Virus record (IMG/VR): IMGVR_UViG_3300023173_000081
Span: 1 to 28,279 of that record
Strand: one strand, 5' to 3'
DNA from: a virus
Taxonomy: Duplodnaviria; Caudoviricetes
Length of the DNA: 28,279 nucleotides
Shown in pieces: positions 17,456-25,504 of the stretch; the first letter of the stretch is position 1, and each line of letters begins with the position of its first letter. The notes beneath the pieces were generated by a model. It did no database searches and was not told where the DNA came from. It saw only the letters and a list, made by a program, of their open reading frames with translations. Both the position numbers and the translations under genes were made by a program.

Positions 17456-17473
17456 TAAGTAATCTTTTACTTA
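17456..17473. promoter_or_regulatory. Operator palindrome between cobT and cobS
   Basis: TAAGT aatctttt ACTTA; overlaps the cobT stop codon. Confidence 0.7.
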
Positions 17474-19597
17474 CTTTTTGTCGCCTAGTAAAGCCTCTGA
17501 CAAAATACCCATCAAACTTTGAGGTAGCTCAGTAACGTCATCAAGCACACAGTTCTTTGGGTAGTAACTCACGACACTTCTGGTTTCAATGCCTACTCCA
17601 ATAACATCGATACCCAAATCAGCCATCAGGTAGTCTTTAACAACCTTTATCATTTCATCGTGTTTACCTCGTTTTGTTCCCCAACCATAAGCCGGAGAAC
17701 CGTCGGACAATACGATCATCAATTTTTTTGCTGACTTTTGGGTCATCAAACGCTTGGCACATAAGCGTAAAGATTCGCTATCGATGTTTTGATACAAGCA
17801 AACAGAACCACGTCCTTCATAACCTGTAAATGCCATCCTTCCTGTGGTCACTGGGTTCAAACTCTCGGAAAACGCTTTAAAAATTGGCAAATAGATCGGG
17901 CCATAAGAAGAGTAATCATCTGGATCATCACCCGCTCTTATCGATTCTCGAATTGCTTTATGTAGTTCTTCTGAATCAGTTTCGCGCCCCTCAGCCGTGA
18001 ACCCAATAACTTCATTGTTGATCTTTAATCTGCTCAAGACACTAGAAAGTGCATAGGCAGACTCCATAGCAACCTTAATCCTGTTCCCACTCATAGAGCC
18101 TGAACAATCAACTACCAAGGATACATCGACATCCTTGGCGGACTTCAACTCCCTCTGATAGAACACTCGATCGTCACCAGATTTCAGACGATGCAATGAA
18201 GCAGTGTTAATTCGCCCCTTTCGCTTTCCACCCATCTTTCTGGCTCTGCTCTTAGCGGCAATAATTCGCTCAAGCGTCTTTTGCAGTGGCCCAGTAATTT
18301 TATTGCTTTTATCTACTAGCTTTTCAGCGAGATACGATTGGTCACTTGGTAGGTTTGGTGCGTAGTCAACCAAGTCGAAATCACGACTCCAAACAGAGAA
18401 ATCCCCGGAGTAACTATCCGGCCGAGACATAGATAAAGCGGTAGAAACGTCCCCGTCAAAATCGCGCTCTTCGAAGTCGCCAAGACTAAGTTCTTTCGTT
18501 TCTCCTCCCTCAAAATCAGGTTTGCTTGCAGAGTCATCCTCACCTGACATTCCTGAGTCATCTTTCTCTTCTTCACCTGGCTCTTCACTGCCAGAACCGT
18601 CCTTGTCGACATCGGCTTCGTCAGAGTCGTCTTCTTTTGATTCATCTTCACCATCAGACTCAGAGTCGTCTTCTTCGGGATCTTCGTCTTCTTCGGGATC
18701 TGCTGGCTCCTCACTGTCATCGCCATCTTCGTCTCGATCACTAGAACCATCGCTTCCTTCAGAACTGCCTTCTTCGCTTGAATCCCCTGACTCACCCTTG
18801 CCGTCAGTGGCATCATCTGACTCATCTGACTCATCTGACTCATCTGACTCATCTGGTGAATCTCCCTTGTCGCCGCCCTTATCGTCAGGCATATCGGGTT
18901 CTGGTTTAGATTCTTCGTCTTCGTCTTTTGGAGGGAAGATCGCCTCAAAGATTTCAATCGACAAGTTAGCGCCATCAAAACTGTCTTTTAAATCCTGAAT
19001 TCGATCTTCAAAGGGCTTTAGTCGATCCCAATAATCCGACAGACCTTCAGCTTCAAAATGCTCTAACAAACATTTGAATTCTGAGTGTCCACCCAATAGA
19101 CGAATCATTGGAATATATGAGTAGTTAAACAACTCTTCGGTAGATTTGGCTTCTTTGATCGACTTCTTAAAGAAGTTCTCAATGTAATATTCGCGGGTAG
19201 AAGACAAGTTGCTCCCGGAACCTTTGTATTTTTCTGCCTGCTTCTTCTCAATGAAAACATCTTCAACGGCATTACTCGTTGTATTCAGGAAGTTAGCAAA
19301 ATTTTCTGGAAGCTTTCTTTTCTTAATGTATGGAACAATGATCTTCTTGTAGGCGTCAGGCTCAGTAAACAAGGCGTGAGCACACTCATGATCCACGAAG
19401 CCTTCAATTGCTTTAAGGAAATCGTCAGGCGCATCATCTTTGATATAGGGGATATTGATGACGGATGGCTTACCATCTTCATCATACGAGCAATAGGCGT
19501 TAGAGCCACGTTGGGTCACTTTAATATCGGACTCAGAAAGAATCCGTGTCACAGAGACGACTTTGGCTCTGAGTAGTTCAACTCTTCTTCTAGACAT
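17471..19597 (-). CDS. cobT: CobT-like vWA protein (N-terminal HExxH domain, acidic linker, C-terminal vWA)
   Basis: DHECAH...AVEDVFIE; long D/E/S/G-rich linker; MIDAS DCSGSM and LSDGSP; paired with the CobS AAA+. Confidence 0.88.
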   Translation of the reverse strand: MSRRRVELLRAKVVSVTRILSESDIKVTQRGSNAYCSYDEDGKPSVINIPYIKDDAPDDFLKAIEGFVDHECAHALFTEPDAYKKIIVPYIKKRKLPENFANFLNTTSNAVEDVFIEKKQAEKYKGSGSNLSSTREYYIENFFKKSIKEAKSTEELFNYSYIPMIRLLGGHSEFKCLLEHFEAEGLSDYWDRLKPFEDRIQDLKDSFDGANLSIEIFEAIFPPKDEDEESKPEPDMPDDKGGDKGDSPDESDESDESDESDDATDGKGESGDSSEEGSSEGSDGSSDRDEDGDDSEEPADPEEDEDPEEDDSESDGEDESKEDDSDEADVDKDGSGSEEPGEEEKDDSGMSGEDDSASKPDFEGGETKELSLGDFEERDFDGDVSTALSMSRPDSYSGDFSVWSRDFDLVDYAPNLPSDQSYLAEKLVDKSNKITGPLQKTLERIIAAKSRARKMGGKRKGRINTASLHRLKSGDDRVFYQRELKSAKDVDVSLVVDCSGSMSGNRIKVAMESAYALSSVLSRLKINNEVIGFTAEGRETDSEELHKAIRESIRAGDDPDDYSSYGPIYLPIFKAFSESLNPVTTGRMAFTGYEGRGSVCLYQNIDSESLRLCAKRLMTQKSAKKLMIVLSDGSPAYGWGTKRGKHDEMIKVVKDYLMADLGIDVIGVGIETRSVVSYYPKNCVLDDVTELPQSLMGILSEALLGDKK
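18813..18855. repeat. 9-bp tandem repeat (TCATCTGAC) x ~4.8 encoding (DES)n in the CobT linker
   Basis: Read directly from the sequence. Confidence 0.9.
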
Positions 19598-19621
19598 GAT
19601 TTAATTTTCTCCTAAAATCTG

Positions 19622-19648
19622 TAAGTCATTACTTACTTATTTATTATA
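19622..19648 (-). promoter_or_regulatory. -10 TATAAT (19648-19643) followed by operator (19622-19639) upstream of the cobT-cobS-dnaE operon
   Basis: TAAGT cattactt ACTTA lies 3 bp downstream of a perfect -10. Confidence 0.7.
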
Positions 19649-19651
19649 AGC

Positions 19652-19694
19652 AAAAAAATAGGGAGTGATACAAGATCTACTCCCCTCTTTTTTC
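19652..19694. terminator. Probable bidirectional intrinsic terminator
   Basis: A-tract, GGGAGT...ACTCCC stem, T-tract; lies just after the stop of 19707..19901. Confidence 0.55.
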
Positions 19695-19706
19695 TATTTT
19701 ACTTGC

Positions 19707-19901
19707 CTAGATGACTCGTAAAGATAGCTCAAGATAACCTGACATCCCACCAATGAGGAGTGTCTTCGTGGCGTTGATCTTGTTGAAAACAATAACTTCC
19801 AAACCTCTATACTTACATTCTTTCTCTATTCCGGCGGCCTTCCCTAGCGCCACATACTTATCTGCGAACTGATCTATCGTCAGAGGGTTCATCACGGTCA
19901 T
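19707..19901 (-). CDS. Small hypothetical protein (64 aa; start revised to MTVMNP), first gene of the leftward transcript
   Basis: SD AAGGA/GGA; downstream of the TTGACA promoter; the track's TTG start is the -35 hexamer. Confidence 0.6.
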   Translation of the reverse strand: MTVMNPLTIDQFADKYVALGKAAGIEKECKYRGLEVIVFNKINATKTLLIGGMSGYLELSLRVI

Positions 19902-19954
19902 AATACATCCATCCTTAATGACTTGTTTATACTTTAGCGGGTATTGCGGGCTTG

Positions 19955-19982
19955 ATTTTAGTAAGTTAGAACTTATTGTCAA
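19955..19982 (-). promoter_or_regulatory. Strong leftward promoter TTGACA-16-TAAAAT with an operator over its spacer (19958-19975)
   Basis: Consensus -35; TTAGT aagttaga ACTTA (1 mismatch) covers the spacer and part of the -10. Confidence 0.7.
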
Positions 19983-20069
19983 TAGTCCGTAATATTACGG
20001 ATGGCTAATAAAATCAAATTCTTACATTTGTCTATTTCCATCCCAATTTTGTTACCGCTGATCCAAAAG

Positions 20070-20191
20070 TAAGTAATTTTTTACTAATTTTTTATGACAC
20101 CGTTTGACTTCGATACTTAATTTACATTTAATTATTGGCGTTCCCAGGACTTGTTCCATCTGGCTTACTAATATAAATAGAAACTTACTTA
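20070..20191 (+). promoter_or_regulatory. Repressor promoter region: operators 20070-20087 and 20174-20191; candidate promoter TTGACT-17-TTTAAT (20104-20132)
   Basis: TAAGT aatttttt ACTAA and TAAAT agaaactt ACTTA, 1 mismatch each. Confidence 0.55.
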
Positions 20192-20245
20192 CTAATAATA
20201 AAACTATAAATAATTAGTAATTAAATAAATGCCAGGAATCCGAGG

Positions 20246-20725
20246 GTGGAACGAATGACTATGTATCAAGAAATAAGGGCTGATCAAGTGGCTAAAGTAT
20301 CGGGAAGAAGAAAGAATCCCCTAAAGAGTAAATTCGAGGATTTTACTAATTTCATTATTCAGAGGCAGGAACAACTTGGTGTAAAAAACATCGAGTTAAA
20401 TTCAGAACTAGGCTTCAAGAGTCCTAATGTAATTGCAATGGTAAGACAGGGAAAATGTCGTCTCCCTGTAGCTTCATTAGCAAAGACCGCAAAACTGTTA
20501 GAAGTAGACCTGCGAGACCTACTTTTCTTTTACCTAGAAGAATACGAACCAGATCTTTTTGACGTTTTCTGGGAAGTTAAAGGTGAATATCTAACAGACG
20601 ATGAAATTCTTTTGGTTTTGAAATACAGAGAATTCAAAAAAGAAAACAAGATCAAGTCCGGCCTTGATTTCGAAGTTGATGGCGCAGGCGAAACCCTGAA
20701 TAACGCTTTTAAAGCTTTGAGATAG
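20246..20725 (+). CDS. XRE/CI-like helix-turn-helix repressor (start may be ATG 20255 or 20261)
   Basis: KNIELNSELGFKSPNVIAMVRQGKCRLP...AKLLEVD is an HTH_XRE pattern; divergent from the early operon. Confidence 0.8.
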   Translation: MERMTMYQEIRADQVAKVSGRRKNPLKSKFEDFTNFIIQRQEQLGVKNIELNSELGFKSPNVIAMVRQGKCRLPVASLAKTAKLLEVDLRDLLFFYLEEYEPDLFDVFWEVKGEYLTDDEILLVLKYREFKKENKIKSGLDFEVDGAGETLNNAFKALR

Positions 20726-20750
20726 TAATTTAGGACTTACTAAAAAGCCC

Positions 20751-22046
20751 TCAGTAGAGGGCTTTTTTTGTGGCTATTGGAACTACGTTATTTATTTCAG
20801 TGCCATTTAGATGACTTTCCCAAAGCTCTAACGCCCATCTCTTCTCATCTAGATAATCATAACGGTCATAGTGTTTGGCGCTAACATCACTCTTCATCGC
20901 GTGATTTTGAATTTTATCCCGAATTTCTTTTGGAATACGGAGCTTGCCCATTAGAGTCTTGCAGGTTCTCCTGATGTCTCTAGGCACAAACTGATTGAAG
21001 TCTGGGTGTTCTTTTCTGAATCGATTAACGGCATGAGCGAGACTTTGAGGGTTATAAGTCTCTTCTGGATAAAGTGTCTTTGGGAAAAGATATTCGCTTT
21101 CTTCAAGGCTCATCATCTCTTCGATTATAGCTATCGCGGTATCTGTTAGAGGAACTGTGTGATCCGCCTTATTCTTGGTTATAACCCCAGGCATGAAGAG
21201 TATCTTCTCATCAAACCTTATGTATTCTCTTCTAATAAGGCAAAGCTCGTTAGGTCTTTGCCCTCCGCTATAAAAGCACAACTTAAGCAGCAAGTAGGAC
21301 TTACGACCAACATTCTTTGTTTTGAGAAAATTACCGAATACAAAATGTATTTCATTCAAGCTCAAAAAGTTATTACCTACACCTTCTGCGCTTGTTTGCT
21401 TTGGAATGGGTGTAACCGGGTTGTATTTCAAATCAAAGTTCATTTCTGAATACATGTTTGCCGGATCGTTGTCGTGCTTCAATCCATAGTTAAAGGCTGC
21501 ATGTAGCCTTGTTCTTATTCTATTCGATTCTACAGGAGCACCTCTGTTTATCATTCCAGCTAAGATCTTAACGATTTCACTGGTTTTTACTTCTGAGGCT
21601 TTAGTGTCTTCCGGTATGTGAGGATAAATCTCACTTTCTAACCTTTCCTTGGTGATCTTAAAAGTTCTTTTACCGGTTCTCTCCATCCAATCAACATAAC
21701 TATCGATAAGCTGTTTTATCGTGCCTCTGTTTGACATCTCAGCCTCTCGTTTTGCTTCGAGTTCTGCTGCTTTTTGAAATTCGGCTTTAGGGTCTTTTCC
21801 TTCTGATAGCATGTATCTTATTTCTTTCGCCTTTTCTCTGGCGTCAGACAGAGATAAAACGGGAAAGTCCCCAATGGTTAGAACAATCCTCTTTCCATCT
21901 TGCCTGTAGATATAAACAAATTGTTTTCGACCGGACGATAGGACTCTGACCCCTAAGCTTCCTAGTCCTCTGGTTTTGTCGGAGTCCATCTTGTAATAGC
22001 TTTTAGGCTTAGATGGTAAAACCGATATTTCTTTGAAAGTAAGCAT
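20751..22046 (-). CDS. int: Tyrosine recombinase/integrase (P4-like, N-terminal arm-binding domain)
   Basis: LGVRVLSSGRKQF...TIGDFPVLSLSDAREKA; catalytic GGQRPNE, TKN, PRDIRRT, QNH, KHYDRYDY. Confidence 0.93.
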   Translation of the reverse strand: MLTFKEISVLPSKPKSYYKMDSDKTRGLGSLGVRVLSSGRKQFVYIYRQDGKRIVLTIGDFPVLSLSDAREKAKEIRYMLSEGKDPKAEFQKAAELEAKREAEMSNRGTIKQLIDSYVDWMERTGKRTFKITKERLESEIYPHIPEDTKASEVKTSEIVKILAGMINRGAPVESNRIRTRLHAAFNYGLKHDNDPANMYSEMNFDLKYNPVTPIPKQTSAEGVGNNFLSLNEIHFVFGNFLKTKNVGRKSYLLLKLCFYSGGQRPNELCLIRREYIRFDEKILFMPGVITKNKADHTVPLTDTAIAIIEEMMSLEESEYLFPKTLYPEETYNPQSLAHAVNRFRKEHPDFNQFVPRDIRRTCKTLMGKLRIPKEIRDKIQNHAMKSDVSAKHYDRYDYLDEKRWALELWESHLNGTEINNVVPIATKKALY

Positions 22047-22088
22047 GACACGACCTCTTTAAGATTCTCCTAATAGGTCGCAAAAAAG

Positions 22089-22313
22089 TTAGTGTCGTTG
22101 TTAGTGTCGTTAGTGTCGTTAGCGGCTCATTTATAATTTTGACATTTCATCAAGCCCAGTTAATATGCGGACTTTAGAAATGAGCGTTCGCCTCCTAAGC
22201 GAGTGATCGGGGTTCGAGTCCTCGTGGGGAGGCCAGCTAACATGCGGGTTGCAGACCATTCCTTGTCTTCACCCCTTCCCTTACGCCCATTTTTAGTGTC
22301 GTAATTAGTGTCG
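22089..22313. repeat. attP-like site: arm-type repeats TTAGTGTCG (22089, 22101, 22110; 22293, 22305) flanking a tRNA-derived core
   Basis: Five perfect 9-mers in direct orientation, with 12-bp spacing on both sides, next to the integrase 5' end. Confidence 0.8.
22182..22235 (+). pseudogene. 3' fragment of tRNA-Arg(CCU), the attP core/replacement sequence
   Basis: Anticodon arm TTCGC-CTCCTAA-GCGAG, T arm CGGGG-TTCGAGT-CCTCG, acceptor 3' strand TGGGGAG-G-CCA; no 5' acceptor strand upstream. Confidence 0.85.
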
Positions 22314-22483
22314 TTAGCAATCGACTAACAAAAAACGCCTAAAATCAGATTTGCGATCCTCAGTAACAATTATACCCTTTAACTCTGCACTTAAAAAAAG
22401 GTAGAGTAATATCTAATTGCATATCACATTAGATATGTAAAAAATTTTCGCGTATAGTCGCCCAAACTTTTTTTGGAACTTGA

Positions 22484-23188
22484 GTGATGGCTTACACAGT
22501 AGCGGATCTTGGTAGCATAAATAGCACCAAGATATATAAGGCATTATCAAATACACCTTTCATGTCTAGATTCATGTCTAAACAGATAAATAAGGTTTCC
22601 TCTTCTGACGTTCATATTTTTAGGTATGCACTTAAAAAAGAACTTGGTCGAGAAGTAAGTTTCAAATTCATGGAAGCTATTCAACGGGCTGCAAGAGCTG
22701 TTATTGCTAATGGCGAAAGCAACGTCCAACCTTCTAAGCATCTTCTATTTCCGTTTCTGCCCCTTATGGAAACGTTAGACGACTTTGTTGAAATCATTGA
22801 GTCTCTACCTTCTGATTACATGGACGCCGCTATCGTGTGTCTTGAGGGTGGTATCACGCCTAAACGCTTAAGCACCCTCCGTTGGTCGGACAAGAAAGTG
22901 ATTAATCACCTTATGGATCAATCGGAAGGCATTCGTATAGTGATTAGAGGAAGAAACAAGGTCAGACTGCTTACTTCAAACTTAATGTTCTGGAAGTCCA
23001 ATGCAGACGGTAGACCAGAGCCTTTGATTGATATTGAGGAAGTATTCTATGAAGCTTTTGGCTGTCCTTGGCCGGAAGTTGTTAAAGATTGGAATTCCCT
23101 GGCTTCAGTTAACAACTCTGAGAACGCCAAAGAATTCGCTGATCTTATTGAAGACGAAACGGGCTATCGCTTAAGAGAAGTTAACTAG
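22484..23188 (+). CDS. Hypothetical protein with degenerate tyrosine-recombinase-like segment
   Basis: AAIVCLEGGITPKRLSTLRWSD resembles box I (GxRxxELxxLxWxD) but lacks the catalytic Arg; no HxxR seen. Confidence 0.6.
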   Translation: MMAYTVADLGSINSTKIYKALSNTPFMSRFMSKQINKVSSSDVHIFRYALKKELGREVSFKFMEAIQRAARAVIANGESNVQPSKHLLFPFLPLMETLDDFVEIIESLPSDYMDAAIVCLEGGITPKRLSTLRWSDKKVINHLMDQSEGIRIVIRGRNKVRLLTSNLMFWKSNADGRPEPLIDIEEVFYEAFGCPWPEVVKDWNSLASVNNSENAKEFADLIEDETGYRLREVN

Positions 23189-23292
23189 ATTGTTCGCAAG
23201 GAAAGGCGTTCTTAAAAGCGACAATGACCATTAAGACATCTCTTTTGTGCAACATTGAAGGGTTATCTTCAAGGTGCTTTATAGCAACTCAA

Positions 23293-23562
23293 TCATGACA
23301 ATACTTTCCTCACTTTCTTTTGAGTCATTGGATCACTCAGAAACAGGCGAATCAAAACTCTTAGGATGCCAGAGCTATCAATATCTTCCTCGGCAATGTT
23401 CTGAAATTCTGCCACCTTGTCTGTGAACTCGACCTTTGTTTTTGATGACACACGAACGCAGATCATCTCCTGCTTATTTCTTCTTTTAGGCGCTTTATTA
23501 ACAATGCCGCCATCCCTTCTCGCTTTATCTAATCTTGTGCTTGCTGATTCTAGTTTTCCCAT
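23293..23562 (-). CDS. Ribbon-helix-helix ParG-like centromere-binding protein
   Basis: Basic unstructured N-terminus, then ICVRVS strand and two helices (SSGILRVLIRLFL); overlaps the parA stop. Confidence 0.7.
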   Translation of the reverse strand: MGKLESASTRLDKARRDGGIVNKAPKRRNKQEMICVRVSSKTKVEFTDKVAEFQNIAEEDIDSSGILRVLIRLFLSDPMTQKKVRKVLS

Positions 23563-24320
23563 TTTTCGATCAACTCCACAGCCAATGAATTAAAATCTTC
23601 TGAACTCTCTGATGCCGGGTTATAGAGGTAGACAGGTGAACCCACTGCGTTAGCCTGGTTAACCGTTTCTCTCTTTCTAATAACTGTCTTCAAGACCCGA
23701 TCTTCTATAACTTCCAACTTCTCATTCATGAATTCATTGATCGTTTTCGTTCTTTGATCGATCATCACCTTCAAAATGTTGTATTTGAAATCATGAGTTT
23801 CTTTGACCTCCTCAATGACATCGAATAAATCTGCCACGCCATCCAGCGAGAATTTGCCGTCAACTGGTATTAGGAATGTGTCTGACATTTGTATTGCATT
23901 CACCACCGCCAGATTCAGTGATGGCGGGCAATCGATAATCACGTAATCGTAATCTATGGCTATTTTTTCTATGTGGCGTGATAACAGTCGCTCTCTGTGA
24001 GTTCGGGTGACGCATTGTTCTATTACTCTGCTCAGATGGATACTTGATGGGATCAAATCTACGTCACAAGCGTCTGCCGATCTTATAATGTCTGTCATCA
24101 ACTTATATGAGAACTTATTATTAATAAACAGACTGGCGATCGTTTGTTCTACGGCTAATTCACAATCTTTAATTAATAGTGACGTTGCGTTTGCTTGTGG
24201 GTCTAAATCAAGCAGAAGCACTCGCCTAGCATTGTTTGTCAGAGCTACTGATAAGTTAACGGCTGTTGTGGTTTTCCCCACCCCGCCTTTCTGATTGGCT
24301 ACAGATATGATCTTAGTCAT
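23550..24320 (-). CDS. parA: ParA/Soj partition ATPase, type Ib (start revised to MTKII)
   Basis: NQKGGVGKTT, DLDPQAN, YDYVIIDCPPSL; no N-terminal HTH. Confidence 0.93.
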   Translation of the reverse strand: MTKIISVANQKGGVGKTTTAVNLSVALTNNARRVLLLDLDPQANATSLLIKDCELAVEQTIASLFINNKFSYKLMTDIIRSADACDVDLIPSSIHLSRVIEQCVTRTHRERLLSRHIEKIAIDYDYVIIDCPPSLNLAVVNAIQMSDTFLIPVDGKFSLDGVADLFDVIEEVKETHDFKYNILKVMIDQRTKTINEFMNEKLEVIEDRVLKTVIRKRETVNQANAVGSPVYLYNPASESSEDFNSLAVELIEKWEN

Positions 24321-24323
24321 GAT

Positions 24324-24383
24324 ACGTCTCACGTTTGTAAAACAGGTGTTATTCATTTGTTTTACAAACGTAGAACGAGACGT
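24324..24383. promoter_or_regulatory. Inverted repeat upstream of parA (operator/centromere candidate)
   Basis: ACGTTTGTAAAACA (24331-24344) / TGTTTTACAAACGT (24358-24371), extended by ACGTCTC / GAGACGT. Confidence 0.6.
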
Positions 24384-24409
24384 TGGCTTATTGTTAAAAA
24401 CGCCTGCTT

Positions 24410-24682
24410 TTATTTGAAACTTTTTTCAACGTTGATTGGGTTCATTCCCTTCTCGCAGTTACGGCATGAGTCTCTGCCTTTTACTCGATTGTCTGCATCA
24501 ATGAACTCCTGACTGCCATCTCTTTTTGTTACGATGCGCCCGGTATAGCGGTTGTTCGAGTCATAGACGTAACCTTTTTTGTCCATGTATCCCTGGTAGC
24601 GATTGTGTTCATCGTAGAATTCCTGATTTGCAATTGAACCTTGCGCCGCAGTCAGCGCGATCATTAGAGCTAAAAATTTCAT
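24410..24682 (-). CDS. Small exported protein with short YDxxNRYxG-type repeats (90 aa; start revised to MKFLA)
   Basis: Signal peptide MKFLALMIALTAAQGSIA; repeats FYDEHNRYQG / VYDSNNRYTG / FIDADNRVKG; SD AGAGG. Confidence 0.75.
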   Translation of the reverse strand: MKFLALMIALTAAQGSIANQEFYDEHNRYQGYMDKKGYVYDSNNRYTGRIVTKRDGSQEFIDADNRVKGRDSCRNCEKGMNPINVEKSFK

Positions 24683-24704
24683 GCTGTATCCTCTATCAAT
24701 ATAG

Positions 24705-24722
24705 TAAGTCATTACATACTTA
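24705..24722. promoter_or_regulatory. Operator palindrome upstream of the exported-protein gene
   Basis: TAAGT cattacat ACTTA, perfect match. Confidence 0.75.
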
Positions 24723-24787
24723 TATATGAAAGCGAAATTGTCAAAGAATTGGGATCTAAAAAAAGTGGAAAATTTGGAAAAGTATAA

Positions 24788-24807
24788 AACTGGATATTAA
24801 ACCAGTT
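24788..24807. promoter_or_regulatory. Candidate LexA (SOS) box
   Basis: aaCTGGATATTAAACCAGtt = CTG-N10-CAG with AT-rich core, just upstream of a minus-strand -10 TATACT (24786-24781). Confidence 0.55.
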
Positions 24808-24811
24808 GAAA

Positions 24812-24845
24812 GCTATTTCAGATAACAAGTATTATCTGAAATAGC
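24812..24845. repeat. Perfect 14-bp inverted repeat
   Basis: GCTATTTCAGATAA-caagta-TTATCTGAAATAGC. Confidence 0.8.
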
Positions 24846-24892
24846 CCTTCCACACAGATTGGGGAATTTGCTAGAAGGGCTAAGATTTAAAA

Positions 24893-25504
24893 CTAAGCTG
24901 CGGCGAGTTTGTTGTCTTTGATAAATTCTTTCTGTAGATCAGCTACCAACTGATTTTCTAGAATCGAATAAACATGTGGCGCAAACTCGCTGTCACTTAA
25001 TGCTAAGAACTTTTCAACCTCCCTTCCGTTTGAATTCATTAGTTTAATGAAGCACTCAATAAAATCGTGCCCTCTAAGTCCATCCGTTATCTGCTGACCA
25101 GAAAAACCTGCTTCACTAATGTCTTGCAGAATATCCAGAAACCCAAATAGGTTCATTTCATTGATCACCTGACTATGGAATTCAACATTACTGAGAATTG
25201 TCTTTTCGACGTCCCCCAGAAACCCACATTGATCTGAACTAGGAATTTCGAGACTGATATTCGAGCCTTCGAAGTTATTAATAACGAACGTCCCTTGCGG
25301 GAGTCCTTTTATTAGACTGCATGTATGTATCGCCCCATAAAGAATGTTGACCACCTCTTTCGATGCAGAACCGTCAATCCGCGAAACAATTTCCGCAATG
25401 ACTTCCGTGACATTCACACCGTTGTTTAGTTGATCAATCTTCTCTACTGGCCAGCCAACATCGACACTCAGCATAAGAGGTTTTTTTAGTGAAATTTTCG
25501 CCAT
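24893..25504 (-). CDS. Hypothetical protein (203 aa) ending in LAAA
   Basis: SD AGGAG; long upstream non-coding region. Confidence 0.8.
   Translation of the reverse strand: MAKISLKKPLMLSVDVGWPVEKIDQLNNGVNVTEVIAEIVSRIDGSASKEVVNILYGAIHTCSLIKGLPQGTFVINNFEGSNISLEIPSSDQCGFLGDVEKTILSNVEFHSQVINEMNLFGFLDILQDISEAGFSGQQITDGLRGHDFIECFIKLMNSNGREVEKFLALSDSEFAPHVYSILENQLVADLQKEFIKDNKLAAA

Noticed and set aside
18316-18998. Alternative-frame 220-aa (SQM repeats) and antisense 158-aa Ser-rich ORFs
   Set aside because: Shadows of the low-complexity acidic CobT linker and its tandem repeat
16219-19597. Cobalamin biosynthesis (cobaltochelatase) function for cobS/cobT
   Set aside because: No cobN or other cob genes in the window, and the context is DNA replication
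22160-22235. Complete tRNA-Arg gene
   Set aside because: No 5' acceptor strand complementary to TGGGGAG and no intact D arm upstream
22089-22313. CRISPR array or replication iterons from the TTAGTGTCG repeats
   Set aside because: The repeats are only 9 bp with no spacer structure, and their placement around a tRNA core beside an integrase fits arm-type sites
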